A DNA stretch of 30,570 nucleotides, from assembly GCA_043718025.1 (NCBI GenBank), contig JAYSWN010000099.1, forward strand, positions 1-30,570, in the 5' to 3' direction. A program made the translations under genes and the position numbers. The notes below the pieces were generated by a model that had not been told where the DNA came from, made no database searches, and worked only from the letters and a program-made list of their open reading frames with translations. This stretch comes from Pseudomonadota bacterium. GTDB taxonomy: Bacteria; Bdellovibrionota; FAC87; UBA2466. This document shows positions 17,387 through 26,275 of this stretch, in pieces (positions within the stretch are counted from its first letter, which is position 1; each line of letters starts with the position of its first letter).

Positions 17387-17415
17387 TGTTTAGCGATTTC
17401 CCCTATCCGTGGCAA
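17387..17415 (-). promoter_or_regulatory. Putative sigma70 promoter of the candidate sRNA
   Basis: TTGCCA(17415-17410)-N17-TAAACA(17392-17387) with AT-rich upstream sequence. Confidence 0.5.
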
Positions 17416-17484
17416 GTGGAAAAACTGAAATTGTGATCATCAAGCGAATGCGTTTTTGTTTAAGCGATTGAATTAATAAACTAA

Positions 17485-18213
17485 TTAACTGTTCTGCCGA
17501 GGGGCGGAATCGCCCGGTATTTCATTGGTTTTCAAAATCCGCATCTGATTTAAGTGCCCGTAAAGCACGTAAACGCCCAAGTTTACGGTCACTCCGAGGG
17601 CCAAAGCGAAAATAGAGTCTGCAAAAGCTCCAGAAATCGCCGGAAAGTTCATTTGATCAATGAGCCATTTATCGATTTCACCCTGGATAAGGAAAAAGAC
17701 GACCCCGACTCCTAAGAAGAACAGGGTGAAACAGAATACTTTTAAAAAATCTAACTTCGCCAGCCTTTTAGAGCGCGCTAACATAGTTAGGGCGGGCGCC
17801 GGAGAATCGAAGACCGTTAATACGGGCACGAAGAGGTAGACCGTCATGAAATAGAGTGCTGGAATCAGCACGGGCATTCCCACCACAATAAATAGGCCGC
17901 AGGCGAATGAGGTTTTCAAGAAAAGGAATATTCGTTTGCCTACCTGCGCGATGAGCCAGCCGAGTTTTATTGGTCGTCCATTTTCTAGTTCTCTCGCCGC
18001 CAAAGCGGTGAGGGCGGTACTGAGCGACGAAGCCAAAATGAAGTAGGGAAACAGAATACCCGCCCCCAATAACGGTTTAGCTTCGAACGCGTCGCGAAAG
18101 AGGCGGTCGAGCCAATCCACCGAAACCTCAGGTAGCTGGAGGAGGAGAATCAAGAACGGTGCTTTTCGAAAAAGGGTACCAATCTGGCGTAATGACTTAA
18201 GGAGTGAATTCAT
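17485..18213 (-). CDS. Hypothetical multi-pass membrane protein (YciC/GPDPase-membrane-domain-like layout)
   Basis: About 5-6 hydrophobic segments; IPALY..YLFVP and LARSKRLAK..FLKVF pattern typical of that broad group. Confidence 0.65.
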   Translation of the reverse strand: MNSLLKSLRQIGTLFRKAPFLILLLQLPEVSVDWLDRLFRDAFEAKPLLGAGILFPYFILASSLSTALTALAARELENGRPIKLGWLIAQVGKRIFLFLKTSFACGLFIVVGMPVLIPALYFMTVYLFVPVLTVFDSPAPALTMLARSKRLAKLDFLKVFCFTLFFLGVGVVFFLIQGEIDKWLIDQMNFPAISGAFADSIFALALGVTVNLGVYVLYGHLNQMRILKTNEIPGDSAPRQNS

Positions 18214-18270
18214 GGAAGTGAGGTAAAATTATCGAACTAACGGGCCTTTGTATATTGCCGCAAGATTTTT

Positions 18271-19956
18271 ATGACCAAACAATCTGATTACCGATTTCAC
18301 TGTTTAGTTACGCGCGGGAGCGATCGTGAGATGGGGCGTCAACATGGCGAGCAATTGCGCGCTTCGGCCAGAGCGGGAATGCTCGACTTCTATTTTAGGC
18401 TCTGGGAGCGCATTCAACAGCCGCACGGCCTGGGTAAGTGGCAAACTTGGGCTATGAAGCAAGCTACCGGCGTCACGCTACCCTGGTTGCTTCACACCTT
18501 TGCTAAAAATGTTCCCCCGTGGATGAACGAGCGCATGGAGGGAATGCGCGAAGCGCTTGGTGAAGATAAAAACCGCATCATGACGGCGCTGGTGCTTCCC
18601 GACCTGTTGCCGTTTTTGCAATCTATCTGGGTGAGTTTTCGGCCCGGGGACTTCGTGGCCTCCGATGCGCCCCGTTTTGGTTGTACCAGTTTTTTAGCCC
18701 ACGGATCGTCGTTTTTTCTCGGAAGAAATTTAGATTTCCCCGGTGTGAACTACTGGGACCGCTTCCCGGTGATTCAAACCTTTCAACCCGCTCGTGGTTT
18801 AAATTACGTGGGCGTTTTGTCGGCCGGAGTGCCCTTAGCCGGAATAACCGGGTTAAACGAAGCGCAAATCGCCGTTTCGGTGCATCAGCACTACTCGCGC
18901 ACCGCTCGAATTAAGGGGCAGTTGCCCTTCGTATTTGGGGAACAAATTTTGCGGGAGTGTTCAACTCTCGCTCAGGCCGAAGAAGTTTTGGCGAAGGCAC
19001 AGGTGAGCGCGTCATGGGCGTTCGTGGTGGCCGACGGGAAAACCGGCGAGGGCTTTTTATACGAGCTTTCGCCGAATGGCCGAGGAATAAAGAAACTCGA
19101 AGGTGGCGCCCTGGGCCATTCGAACCAATTTCAAACCACATCGTGTCAAGCCTTTGAATACGCCACCACCTCGCGAATGAATTGGGACAACCACTGTCGC
19201 CGTGAAAGACTACTAGAGCTGGTAAAGAAAGCGGGAGCCGGGCTCGCACCCGCGGCCGCCGTTCAGGCCCTTTGCGATCATTGGGACCCGTATTGGAATG
19301 AGCCGAAAGTGGCGAATCGTACCGTTTCTCAGGTCTACAATATTCAAAGTGTCCTCTTTGATATGGTCCAAATGAAATTTTGGGCGGCCGAGGGTGAGTC
19401 ACCGATTCATCTTGGAAGCTACGCCCAGTTTGACGTTGGCCGGTTATTGGCCGGTGAAGAGGGGAGAACCGGGGAGTCATTGCCGGGATATCAATTCGGC
19501 AACCCAAGCATGGGTCAGGCTAAGCGCAGTTACATTTCGAGTTTTGTAGATTCGTTCGAGGGAAATCATGCGCCGGCACTAACCAAGATTAGGATCGCGC
19601 TGAAATATTTCGAGTTTCCGGAAGGGCTTTTAGTAGAAGGGATTCTTTCGCTGCGCTTGGGTGAGCATGAAGCAGGATTGGCCTCGCTACAGAGGGGCGT
19701 GGCTCTGGTCGAAGAAAAGGCCGCGGGTCTATCCGAAGTTCCTCCTGAGTATTTTGAGCTGCGCTTATACGAAGCTCGCGCACTTGATTTACTAGGAAGA
19801 CGAAGCGAGGCCACTCAAAAATATTTTGCGATCGAAAGTGACCCTCGACTTTCCGATCGTCGGCTTCGCGCTTTAGCTAAAGGGGCAGGCCCCTTCACCC
19901 AAGCATGGCTCGAAAGAATCTGGATGCCTTACGCTGCCTACATTCCGTTTCAATGA
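18271..19956 (+). CDS. C45-family autoproteolytic acyltransferase/hydrolase (Ntn fold) with helical TPR-like C-terminus
   Basis: MGRQHG, G|CTSF nucleophile site, GRNLDF, GLNEAQIAV, HSNQF; C-terminal ARALDLLGRRSEA repeat-like helices. Confidence 0.85.
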   Translation: MTKQSDYRFHCLVTRGSDREMGRQHGEQLRASARAGMLDFYFRLWERIQQPHGLGKWQTWAMKQATGVTLPWLLHTFAKNVPPWMNERMEGMREALGEDKNRIMTALVLPDLLPFLQSIWVSFRPGDFVASDAPRFGCTSFLAHGSSFFLGRNLDFPGVNYWDRFPVIQTFQPARGLNYVGVLSAGVPLAGITGLNEAQIAVSVHQHYSRTARIKGQLPFVFGEQILRECSTLAQAEEVLAKAQVSASWAFVVADGKTGEGFLYELSPNGRGIKKLEGGALGHSNQFQTTSCQAFEYATTSRMNWDNHCRRERLLELVKKAGAGLAPAAAVQALCDHWDPYWNEPKVANRTVSQVYNIQSVLFDMVQMKFWAAEGESPIHLGSYAQFDVGRLLAGEEGRTGESLPGYQFGNPSMGQAKRSYISSFVDSFEGNHAPALTKIRIALKYFEFPEGLLVEGILSLRLGEHEAGLASLQRGVALVEEKAAGLSEVPPEYFELRLYEARALDLLGRRSEATQKYFAIESDPRLSDRRLRALAKGAGPFTQAWLERIWMPYAAYIPFQ

Positions 19957-20055
19957 TTAACTGACCATCTTGCTAGTGGGGAGTTGCCCCGGAAACTTTT
20001 TGGCCCCCCCTTTCAATCGCAGCAGCGGCGGAGTACTAAGGCTGCGGAGGGGAAG

Positions 20056-21054
20056 ATGCCAATTACGCCGATCGTTTTCGGAAGTGGGCGCGCCGGAGAG
20101 GCCATTGCCAAAAGTTTGGCCTGCTTAAATATATTAAGGCCAGACCTTAAGCTTCTGGCTCCTTTGACCCTTAAAAGGGGAACCCCCCTAATTGAGGCCA
20201 TGGGAGAGAACAAACGGGTTCTTGTTTGTATCGCCAATCCGCATGGCCTTCACGCCGACGCCATAATTGAAGCAAACGCCGCTAACGTTAGCGCTATTCT
20301 TTGCGAAAAACCCGCGTGCATCAATCTCCAGCAAGTGGTTCGACTTCGCGAAACCACGGTAAAAACCGCAGTTTTGCATGGATATCGCCTGAGCTGGGGA
20401 GTTCAGAGTTTGAAACAGCTGATCGAAACGGAAAGTTTAGGGAACGTATTTTCTATTGAAGGGCGATACTGGCAATCATCCGCCGCCGAGAAGGCTTTGC
20501 AGCCAACTTCAAATAGCCTTTCGGCCAATTGGAAGAATGACATTCGGCTTTCTGGCCAATCCGATGCCTATTTAGATTTGGGAACCCACATGGCCGACTC
20601 GATCTCTTTTCTTTACGGTGAAAATCCTACGCAAATAAAAGGGTGGAGGTCATACGCCAACGCTGAAAGCGCGCACCGCGACTCCCATGCGCAACTTTCG
20701 TTTTCGTTTTCAAACGGCCGCCGCGGCTACGCCTCGGTTTCGAAGAATGTTCATGGGGCGACCAATCAGTTTGAAGTTACTGTCTTGGGAACTAAAGGCA
20801 GTGCGAGTTGGTCGTTTTTAAATCCCGACGAGATCTGGTTAGGCGAGGGAAGAAACTTGCGGCGTATAACCAGGCAGGAAACGTCGTTGGGTTCCGGACA
20901 GGCGCCGTACCACGCCATGGGCTGGTTGGAAGGCTACATTGAAATAGCTCACCGATTGATTGAAGATGCTTTTTTCGCAAAGCCAAGCCAGTATCCGAAC
21001 CTCCAGGATAATTTAAATCTACTCGAAGTCATGTTGTCGGCCGCTTGGGAATAA
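20056..21054 (+). CDS. Gfo/Idh/MocA NAD(P)-dependent oxidoreductase
   Basis: GSGRAG, CEKP, DLGTHMAD; ATG 20056 preceded by GGAGGGG. Confidence 0.88.
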   Translation: MPITPIVFGSGRAGEAIAKSLACLNILRPDLKLLAPLTLKRGTPLIEAMGENKRVLVCIANPHGLHADAIIEANAANVSAILCEKPACINLQQVVRLRETTVKTAVLHGYRLSWGVQSLKQLIETESLGNVFSIEGRYWQSSAAEKALQPTSNSLSANWKNDIRLSGQSDAYLDLGTHMADSISFLYGENPTQIKGWRSYANAESAHRDSHAQLSFSFSNGRRGYASVSKNVHGATNQFEVTVLGTKGSASWSFLNPDEIWLGEGRNLRRITRQETSLGSGQAPYHAMGWLEGYIEIAHRLIEDAFFAKPSQYPNLQDNLNLLEVMLSAAWE

Positions 21055-21056
21055 AT

Positions 21057-21656
21057 TTAATGTTGCTGTTTCAATAACTGCTGGGTCAGTTGCAGCGAGT
21101 TATCCAATAGCTTTCGTTGGCAGGCCGAACAGAAATCTTTAGCATCTAACTTTTCACCACAGAAGCAAATACGACAAATCGGTCGGGCGGGGTTGCCCAC
21201 CACTAGGGTATGCGGAGCCACGTTTTTAATAACCACCGCGCCGGCCCCAACCATCGAAAATTCACCCACGGTGATGCCGCAAACAATGGTCGAGTTGGCG
21301 CCGATCGTGGCTCCGCGCTTGATCAACGTGGCCAAAAGTACCGAGCTGTCTCGCTTTAAAAATGCGCGCGGCTTAAGGTCGTTCGTAAAAACCGCATTCG
21401 GGCCCACGAACACCTGATCTTCAAGCGTGACCCGATCCCAAATGGCGACTTGGTTTTTTATGGTACAGCCATTTCCGATCGAAACTTTATTCTCGATATA
21501 GACCGACTCACCCACGTTGCAGTCGCTGCCCAATTGGGCCTCAGCCATCACGTGGGCGTAAGCCCAGATTCGGGTGCCCGAACCCACGTGCGAAGTTTCG
21601 CAGCGGGCCAGTTCATGGATAAAAATGTCTTTGTTTTTCTGTAATGTTGAGTTCAT
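21057..21656 (-). CDS. Hexapeptide-repeat sugar N-acyltransferase (WbpD/WlbB/FdtC-like)
   Basis: GTRIWAYAHV, FVGPNAVFTND..PR, GATIGANSTIVCG, VVGNPAR; C-terminal CxC...CxxC. Confidence 0.9.
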   Translation of the reverse strand: MNSTLQKNKDIFIHELARCETSHVGSGTRIWAYAHVMAEAQLGSDCNVGESVYIENKVSIGNGCTIKNQVAIWDRVTLEDQVFVGPNAVFTNDLKPRAFLKRDSSVLLATLIKRGATIGANSTIVCGITVGEFSMVGAGAVVIKNVAPHTLVVGNPARPICRICFCGEKLDAKDFCSACQRKLLDNSLQLTQQLLKQQH

Positions 21657-22769
21657 TTATTTTCCGAAGTAATCGCGCACCACTTGGCAAATGCGAGCGA
21701 CGGCGTCATCGTTTAAAGTGGGGCACATCGGCATTGAGACGCATCGACTGGCTAAATTCTCGGCGCAGGGAAAGCTTTGGCTTTTGAATTCGGACAAGGC
21801 CTGCAGCTGATGCAACGCTTTTGGGTAATGAACGCCGGTTTCAATGCCCCGCTCCTTTAAAAAGTCCATAAACTTTTCCCTTTTGTCGACTAGAACTACG
21901 TATTGATGAAAAACGTGGGTGCTGCGATCGTCGCGATCGGGAAGTGTCATCTGGTTTAAATCTTGAAAGGCGTCGAAGTATCTTGCCGCCACTCGACGGC
22001 GAGCTTCGTTCCATGAATCGATGTACTTCATTTTCACGTTGAGAATCGCGGCCTGCAGATTGTCCAAACGGGAATTGAAACCCATAACCTCGTGGTGATA
22101 CTTAATGATTCCTCCGTGATTGCGAAGCTTGAGGATTATGTCGATGAGATCCCCACGTCGGGAGGCCACCGCGCCAGCGTCACCAAAGGCTCCCAAATTT
22201 TTTCCGGGATAGAAACTGTAGGTTGCCACGTCGCCCCAAAACCCAACTGGCTTGGATTTCCATTTAGCGCCGTGTGCTTGTGAAGCATCCTCTAGGATTG
22301 CGCACTGGTAACGATCGGCGATTTCACGCAGACGATCCATCTCGGCCATTCGACCATAGAGGTGGACCGGCACAATTAAACGAGTCTTGTCCGTCATCGC
22401 CGCTTCAACTTTTGAAGCGTCCAGTGTCCAACTCTTGGGGTCGATATCGATTAGTTTTACTTTGATTCCCGCGTGAACGAGCCCTTCCACCGTGGCGAAA
22501 TAGGTCATGGCGGGTACGATGGCTTCGCTGCCGGCCGGCAAATTAAGGGCTTTGGCCGCCAATAAAATGGCGTCGGTACCGTTGCCGCAGCCCGCCACCC
22601 TCATTTTTTCTCCATGCCAATTGGCAAATTTTAGCTCGAAGGCGGACAGCTCATCTCCTCCGACGAACGCCGATCGGGAAACGACCCGTTCTATCGCCTC
22701 AAGAAACTCTTGTTTGTGGGTGGCAAAGAGAGCAGTGAGACTCATTTGTGGAATAGTTTCGGACGGCAT
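21657..22769 (-). CDS. DegT/DnrJ/EryC1/StrS PLP-dependent sugar aminotransferase
   Basis: NGTDA, PVHLYG, EDASQAHGA, SFYPGKNLGAFGDAG, NSRLD.LQAA. Confidence 0.95.
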   Translation of the reverse strand: MPSETIPQMSLTALFATHKQEFLEAIERVVSRSAFVGGDELSAFELKFANWHGEKMRVAGCGNGTDAILLAAKALNLPAGSEAIVPAMTYFATVEGLVHAGIKVKLIDIDPKSWTLDASKVEAAMTDKTRLIVPVHLYGRMAEMDRLREIADRYQCAILEDASQAHGAKWKSKPVGFWGDVATYSFYPGKNLGAFGDAGAVASRRGDLIDIILKLRNHGGIIKYHHEVMGFNSRLDNLQAAILNVKMKYIDSWNEARRRVAARYFDAFQDLNQMTLPDRDDRSTHVFHQYVVLVDKREKFMDFLKERGIETGVHYPKALHQLQALSEFKSQSFPCAENLASRCVSMPMCPTLNDDAVARICQVVRDYFGK

Positions 22770-22808
22770 TGCGGTAGCCCTTTTCGAGTTCGGTAGTTCG
22801 TCTGCGTT

Positions 22809-22838
22809 GTGGCAACCTGACGAGGCTTGCTTTATAAT
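22809..22838 (+). promoter_or_regulatory. Putative sigma70 promoter for the Gfo-DegT-epimerase unit
   Basis: GTGGCA-N18-TATAAT(22833-22838) in the divergent intergenic region. Confidence 0.5.
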
Positions 22839-22930
22839 TTAATCAAGAAGGCCCAAAACAAGCACTGGTTTTCTTAGTTCTCTCCCATTTCTCTGGCTCT
22901 TTACGCTAACCCCTTTCTTAATTGAGTCGC

Positions 22931-24007
22931 ATGAAATCAAACATCTTTAAAAAGCTGGACGCGGCACTTATTGGTTACGGCTACTGGGGACCCAACCTGC
23001 TTCGCAACTTAATCTCGCACGGTGGATTCAACGTCGTGGGAATCGTTGAGCCTTCCCCGGTTGCCGCTCAGCGGGCGCTTGCTGCGTATGGTCATATACC
23101 GATCTTTGCTACGCTGGATGACTTGCTGCGCAAATCTAAGCCCGACTGCGTTGTGATCGCGACCCCTCCCTCTACCCACCGAGAACTTGCGACCGCTTGC
23201 CTCAACCAGAAAATGCATGTGCTTGTGGAGAAGCCGTTGGGCCTTTCCATTGGAGAATGCGACGAAATTATCGCCACCGCAAAAATGAATGATCGATTGG
23301 TAATGGTGGACCACACTTTCGTTTATCATCCTGCGGTTCAGTACCTCGCTCAGCAGATTAGTAGTGGGGCGTTCGGAGACCTTCTCTATTATGATTCGGT
23401 ACGGGTTAATCTTGGTGGTTTTCAGCCCCTGACCAATGTGCTTTGGGACTTAGCTCCGCACGATCTTTCAATTCTCGATCTATTTCTTCAGGGAAAGGCC
23501 CCTAAATCGGTCTCGGTACTCGGCGCCACCCACTACGATCCTTCAAACACTAACATTTGCTACTGTCACCTAACCTACGATGATGGTTTCGTAGCCCACC
23601 TAAATCTCAACTGGGTGGCTCCGGTCAAAATTCGCACGGTAATGGTGGGTGCCACCAAGAAGATGGCCATCTACGACGACAACCTTTCGATCGAAAAGAT
23701 AAAGATTTACGACAAAGGAATGGTGATTAATGCCGCCGGGGAAGGCCACCAGCTCAGGGCCAGCTATCGGTCCGGTGATATGGTCGCTCCGGCGATTGAC
23801 TCGCGTGAAGCGCTTTCCTCGATGCTTGCCGCCTTTCACACCTATATTACCCAAGGCAATAAACCACAATCTGACGCTTACTGCGGTCGGCGGATAGTAC
23901 GCATTTTGGAGGCCGCGAGCGCTAGCCTCCAACGCAACGGCGAACCGGTTGAGCTGGATGAGGTTGCTAATTCGCGCAAACGTGTTCGATTGCCCAAGGC
24001 GGCTTAA
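22931..24007 (+). CDS. Gfo/Idh/MocA oxidoreductase (nucleotide-sugar dehydrogenase-like)
   Basis: IGYGYWGPNLLRN, VEKP, MVDHTFVY, RVNLG, WDLAPHDLS. Confidence 0.92.
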   Translation: MKSNIFKKLDAALIGYGYWGPNLLRNLISHGGFNVVGIVEPSPVAAQRALAAYGHIPIFATLDDLLRKSKPDCVVIATPPSTHRELATACLNQKMHVLVEKPLGLSIGECDEIIATAKMNDRLVMVDHTFVYHPAVQYLAQQISSGAFGDLLYYDSVRVNLGGFQPLTNVLWDLAPHDLSILDLFLQGKAPKSVSVLGATHYDPSNTNICYCHLTYDDGFVAHLNLNWVAPVKIRTVMVGATKKMAIYDDNLSIEKIKIYDKGMVINAAGEGHQLRASYRSGDMVAPAIDSREALSSMLAAFHTYITQGNKPQSDAYCGRRIVRILEAASASLQRNGEPVELDEVANSRKRVRLPKAA

Positions 24008-24030
24008 TCGCAAATCCGAACGGGAAAAAA

Positions 24031-25218
24031 ATGGAAAAAATGATCCCCCTTAGCCGCCCTTTTTTGGGCGCCGAAGAAATTTCAGCTGCATCACGCGCGA
24101 TCACCTCACTCTGGGTGACTCAAGGTCCTGAGGTACTGGCGTTTGAGAATGAGTTTGCGGCGTACGTGGGTGCCCCATACGCCTGTGCGGTTTCTAGCTG
24201 CACATCCGCTCTGCATTTGGCCTTGCTGGCCGTCGGCGTCATGCCGGGTGACGAAGTGATTACCCCGAGCCACTCGTTTATCGCCACCGCAAATAGCATT
24301 CTTTACTGCGGCGCCAAGCCGGTTTTTGTTGATATTAGTCCGCACTCGTTCAACGTATCGCCGCAAAAAGTGAAGGCGGCAATCACACCACGTACGCGCG
24401 CTATTCTTTGTGTCCACCAAATGGGCATGCCATGTGATGTGTTAGAGCTGAAGAAAATCGCCCAGCAGTATCACATTGCTTTGATCGAAGATGCCGCGTG
24501 CGCCATCGGTAGTGAGATTGTTGAAAATGGCCGATGGAAAAAGATCGGTAGCCCCATCGCCGACATTGCCTGCTTTTCCTTCCACCCGAGAAAATTGCTC
24601 ACCACCGGAGACGGCGGCATGATCACAACCCTGAATCGTGATTGGGACGCCAAATTTCGTCTTTGGCGCCAGCATTCCATGAGTGTCCCCGATGCGGTTC
24701 GACACGGCTCAAAAGAGGTGGTGTTCGAAAAGTACCTAGAAAAAGGATTCAACTATCGTCTGACGGATATCCAAGCCGCCATCGGCCGCGAACAGCTTAA
24801 ACGGCTACCCGAAATTCTAGCGGTCAGGCGCTCACAGGCTGCGCGCTACCAGAGTTTGTTAACCGACATTGCGGGTCTTGAGCTTCCGCAGCAACCCAAT
24901 TGGGCCAAGACAAATTTCCAAACGTATTGCGTTCGGCTTCCGTCATTTCTCGATCAGAATAAGATAATGCAATACATGCTCGACCACGGCATTGCCACAC
25001 GTCGGGGAGTCATGTGCGCCCATCGCGAGCCGGCGTTTGAGGGTAAAGAACTGTCTCGGCTTGGCTCCCCGTTACCGGAGAGCGAGCGAGCGCAAGACAC
25101 CGGTATTAGTCTTCCGCTTTTTCATGCTTTGACGGCGGGCGAGCAGGAAAAGGTCGCCACAACGTTGCGTAAGGCTTGCACTGAAAGTAAAAACGAAAAG
25201 GCTCGCCATGCCGCTTAA
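24031..25218 (+). CDS. DegT/DnrJ/EryC1/StrS sugar aminotransferase, second and different subtype
   Basis: SSCTSALH, EDAACAIGS, SFHPRKLLTTGDGG, GFNYRLTDIQAA. Confidence 0.95.
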   Translation: MEKMIPLSRPFLGAEEISAASRAITSLWVTQGPEVLAFENEFAAYVGAPYACAVSSCTSALHLALLAVGVMPGDEVITPSHSFIATANSILYCGAKPVFVDISPHSFNVSPQKVKAAITPRTRAILCVHQMGMPCDVLELKKIAQQYHIALIEDAACAIGSEIVENGRWKKIGSPIADIACFSFHPRKLLTTGDGGMITTLNRDWDAKFRLWRQHSMSVPDAVRHGSKEVVFEKYLEKGFNYRLTDIQAAIGREQLKRLPEILAVRRSQAARYQSLLTDIAGLELPQQPNWAKTNFQTYCVRLPSFLDQNKIMQYMLDHGIATRRGVMCAHREPAFEGKELSRLGSPLPESERAQDTGISLPLFHALTAGEQEKVATTLRKACTESKNEKARHAA

Positions 25219-26269
25219 GGCTAAGAAAATTGTCGTAACCGGCGGGGCGGGGTTTATCGGTAGCCACTTGGTGGATCAACTTCTTGCGCTAAAGAATGAG
25301 GTCACCGTAATCGACAACTTTGCCTCGGGGAATCGACGAAATCTTGTCCAGCACGATGGAAACCCGTACTTTAAATTGGTAGAAGGCGATGTGAGGGACC
25401 TCCCTCTGGTGAAAAATGCGTTTCACGGCGCCGATTATGTATTTCATCTGGCGACGCATTGCGTGCGTTTGTCACTCACCGAGCCTTTGACCAATCACGA
25501 AGTGAATGCAACTGGAACCTTGAACACTCTGATCGCGGCGCGCGAAGCCGGAGTTCAGCGTTATATTTACTGCTCTTCATCGGAAGTTTACGGAAATTCC
25601 ACTGACCGTCTGGGGGCAATCCATCTTGACGAGCAGTCACCGAAAATCCCGAGCACAGTTTACGGCAGCTCGAAGCTGGTTGGTGAACATTACACCTTGG
25701 CATTTCATGAAACGCATGGACTTCCCACGATGGTGGTCAGACCTTTTAATGCCTATGGACCACGCTCGTATTATGAAGGGGCCTTAGGCGAAGTCATTCC
25801 TCGTTTCTTCATTCTGCTTCGCGCCGGCATGCAGCCCGTAATCTTCGGAGATGGAAATCAGACCCGGGATTTTACCTTCGTCGAAGACACGGCAAAGGCA
25901 ATTATCTTAAGCGCCGCCTGCGATAGCCTGCTCGGGGGAAGCTTAAATTTAGCCCGGGGTGAGGCGATTTCGATTAATCAGATTTGTGAGGCGTTGGGTC
26001 GGGTTACCGGGGTCAGCGTAAAGAGTAGATTCGTCGAGGACCGGCCTGGGGACATTCGCCGACTTGGGGCCAACACCGCAAAAGCCGGCCGCTTACTTCC
26101 TGACTTAACCTTTACCCCGGTCAGCGAAGGCCTTAAAAAGTATGCGGCTTGGATGGACGCGCAGAACCTAGACTACCGTGCGTTGGCGGCTCAGCTCACC
26201 ATTCAAAATTGGTTGCCCTCCGCGCCAGTAAAGAAGGGCGCGAGCGAAAAAAAATCCTCTGAAATGTGA
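25208..26269 (+). CDS. NAD-dependent epimerase/dehydratase (extended SDR)
   Basis: TGGAGFIG, SSSEVYG, YGSSK, FNAYGPR, GDGNQTRDFTFV; overlaps the upstream gene by 11 nt. Confidence 0.93.
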   Translation: MPLKAKKIVVTGGAGFIGSHLVDQLLALKNEVTVIDNFASGNRRNLVQHDGNPYFKLVEGDVRDLPLVKNAFHGADYVFHLATHCVRLSLTEPLTNHEVNATGTLNTLIAAREAGVQRYIYCSSSEVYGNSTDRLGAIHLDEQSPKIPSTVYGSSKLVGEHYTLAFHETHGLPTMVVRPFNAYGPRSYYEGALGEVIPRFFILLRAGMQPVIFGDGNQTRDFTFVEDTAKAIILSAACDSLLGGSLNLARGEAISINQICEALGRVTGVSVKSRFVEDRPGDIRRLGANTAKAGRLLPDLTFTPVSEGLKKYAAWMDAQNLDYRALAAQLTIQNWLPSAPVKKGASEKKSSEM

Positions 26270-26275
26270 GCTCAG

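Noticed and set aside
22770..22781. ops/JUMPstart-like GCGGTAG
   Set aside because: Lacks the 5' G and 3' TG of GGCGGTAGnnTG and lies upstream of the putative plus-strand promoter.
22810..22830. Sigma54 promoter TGGCA...TTGC
   Set aside because: The GG-to-GC spacing is not 10 nt.
20056..25218. Assigning gnnA/gnnB or wbpB/wbpE/wbpD symbols
   Set aside because: Family motifs are clear, but substrate specificity cannot be read without phylogeny.
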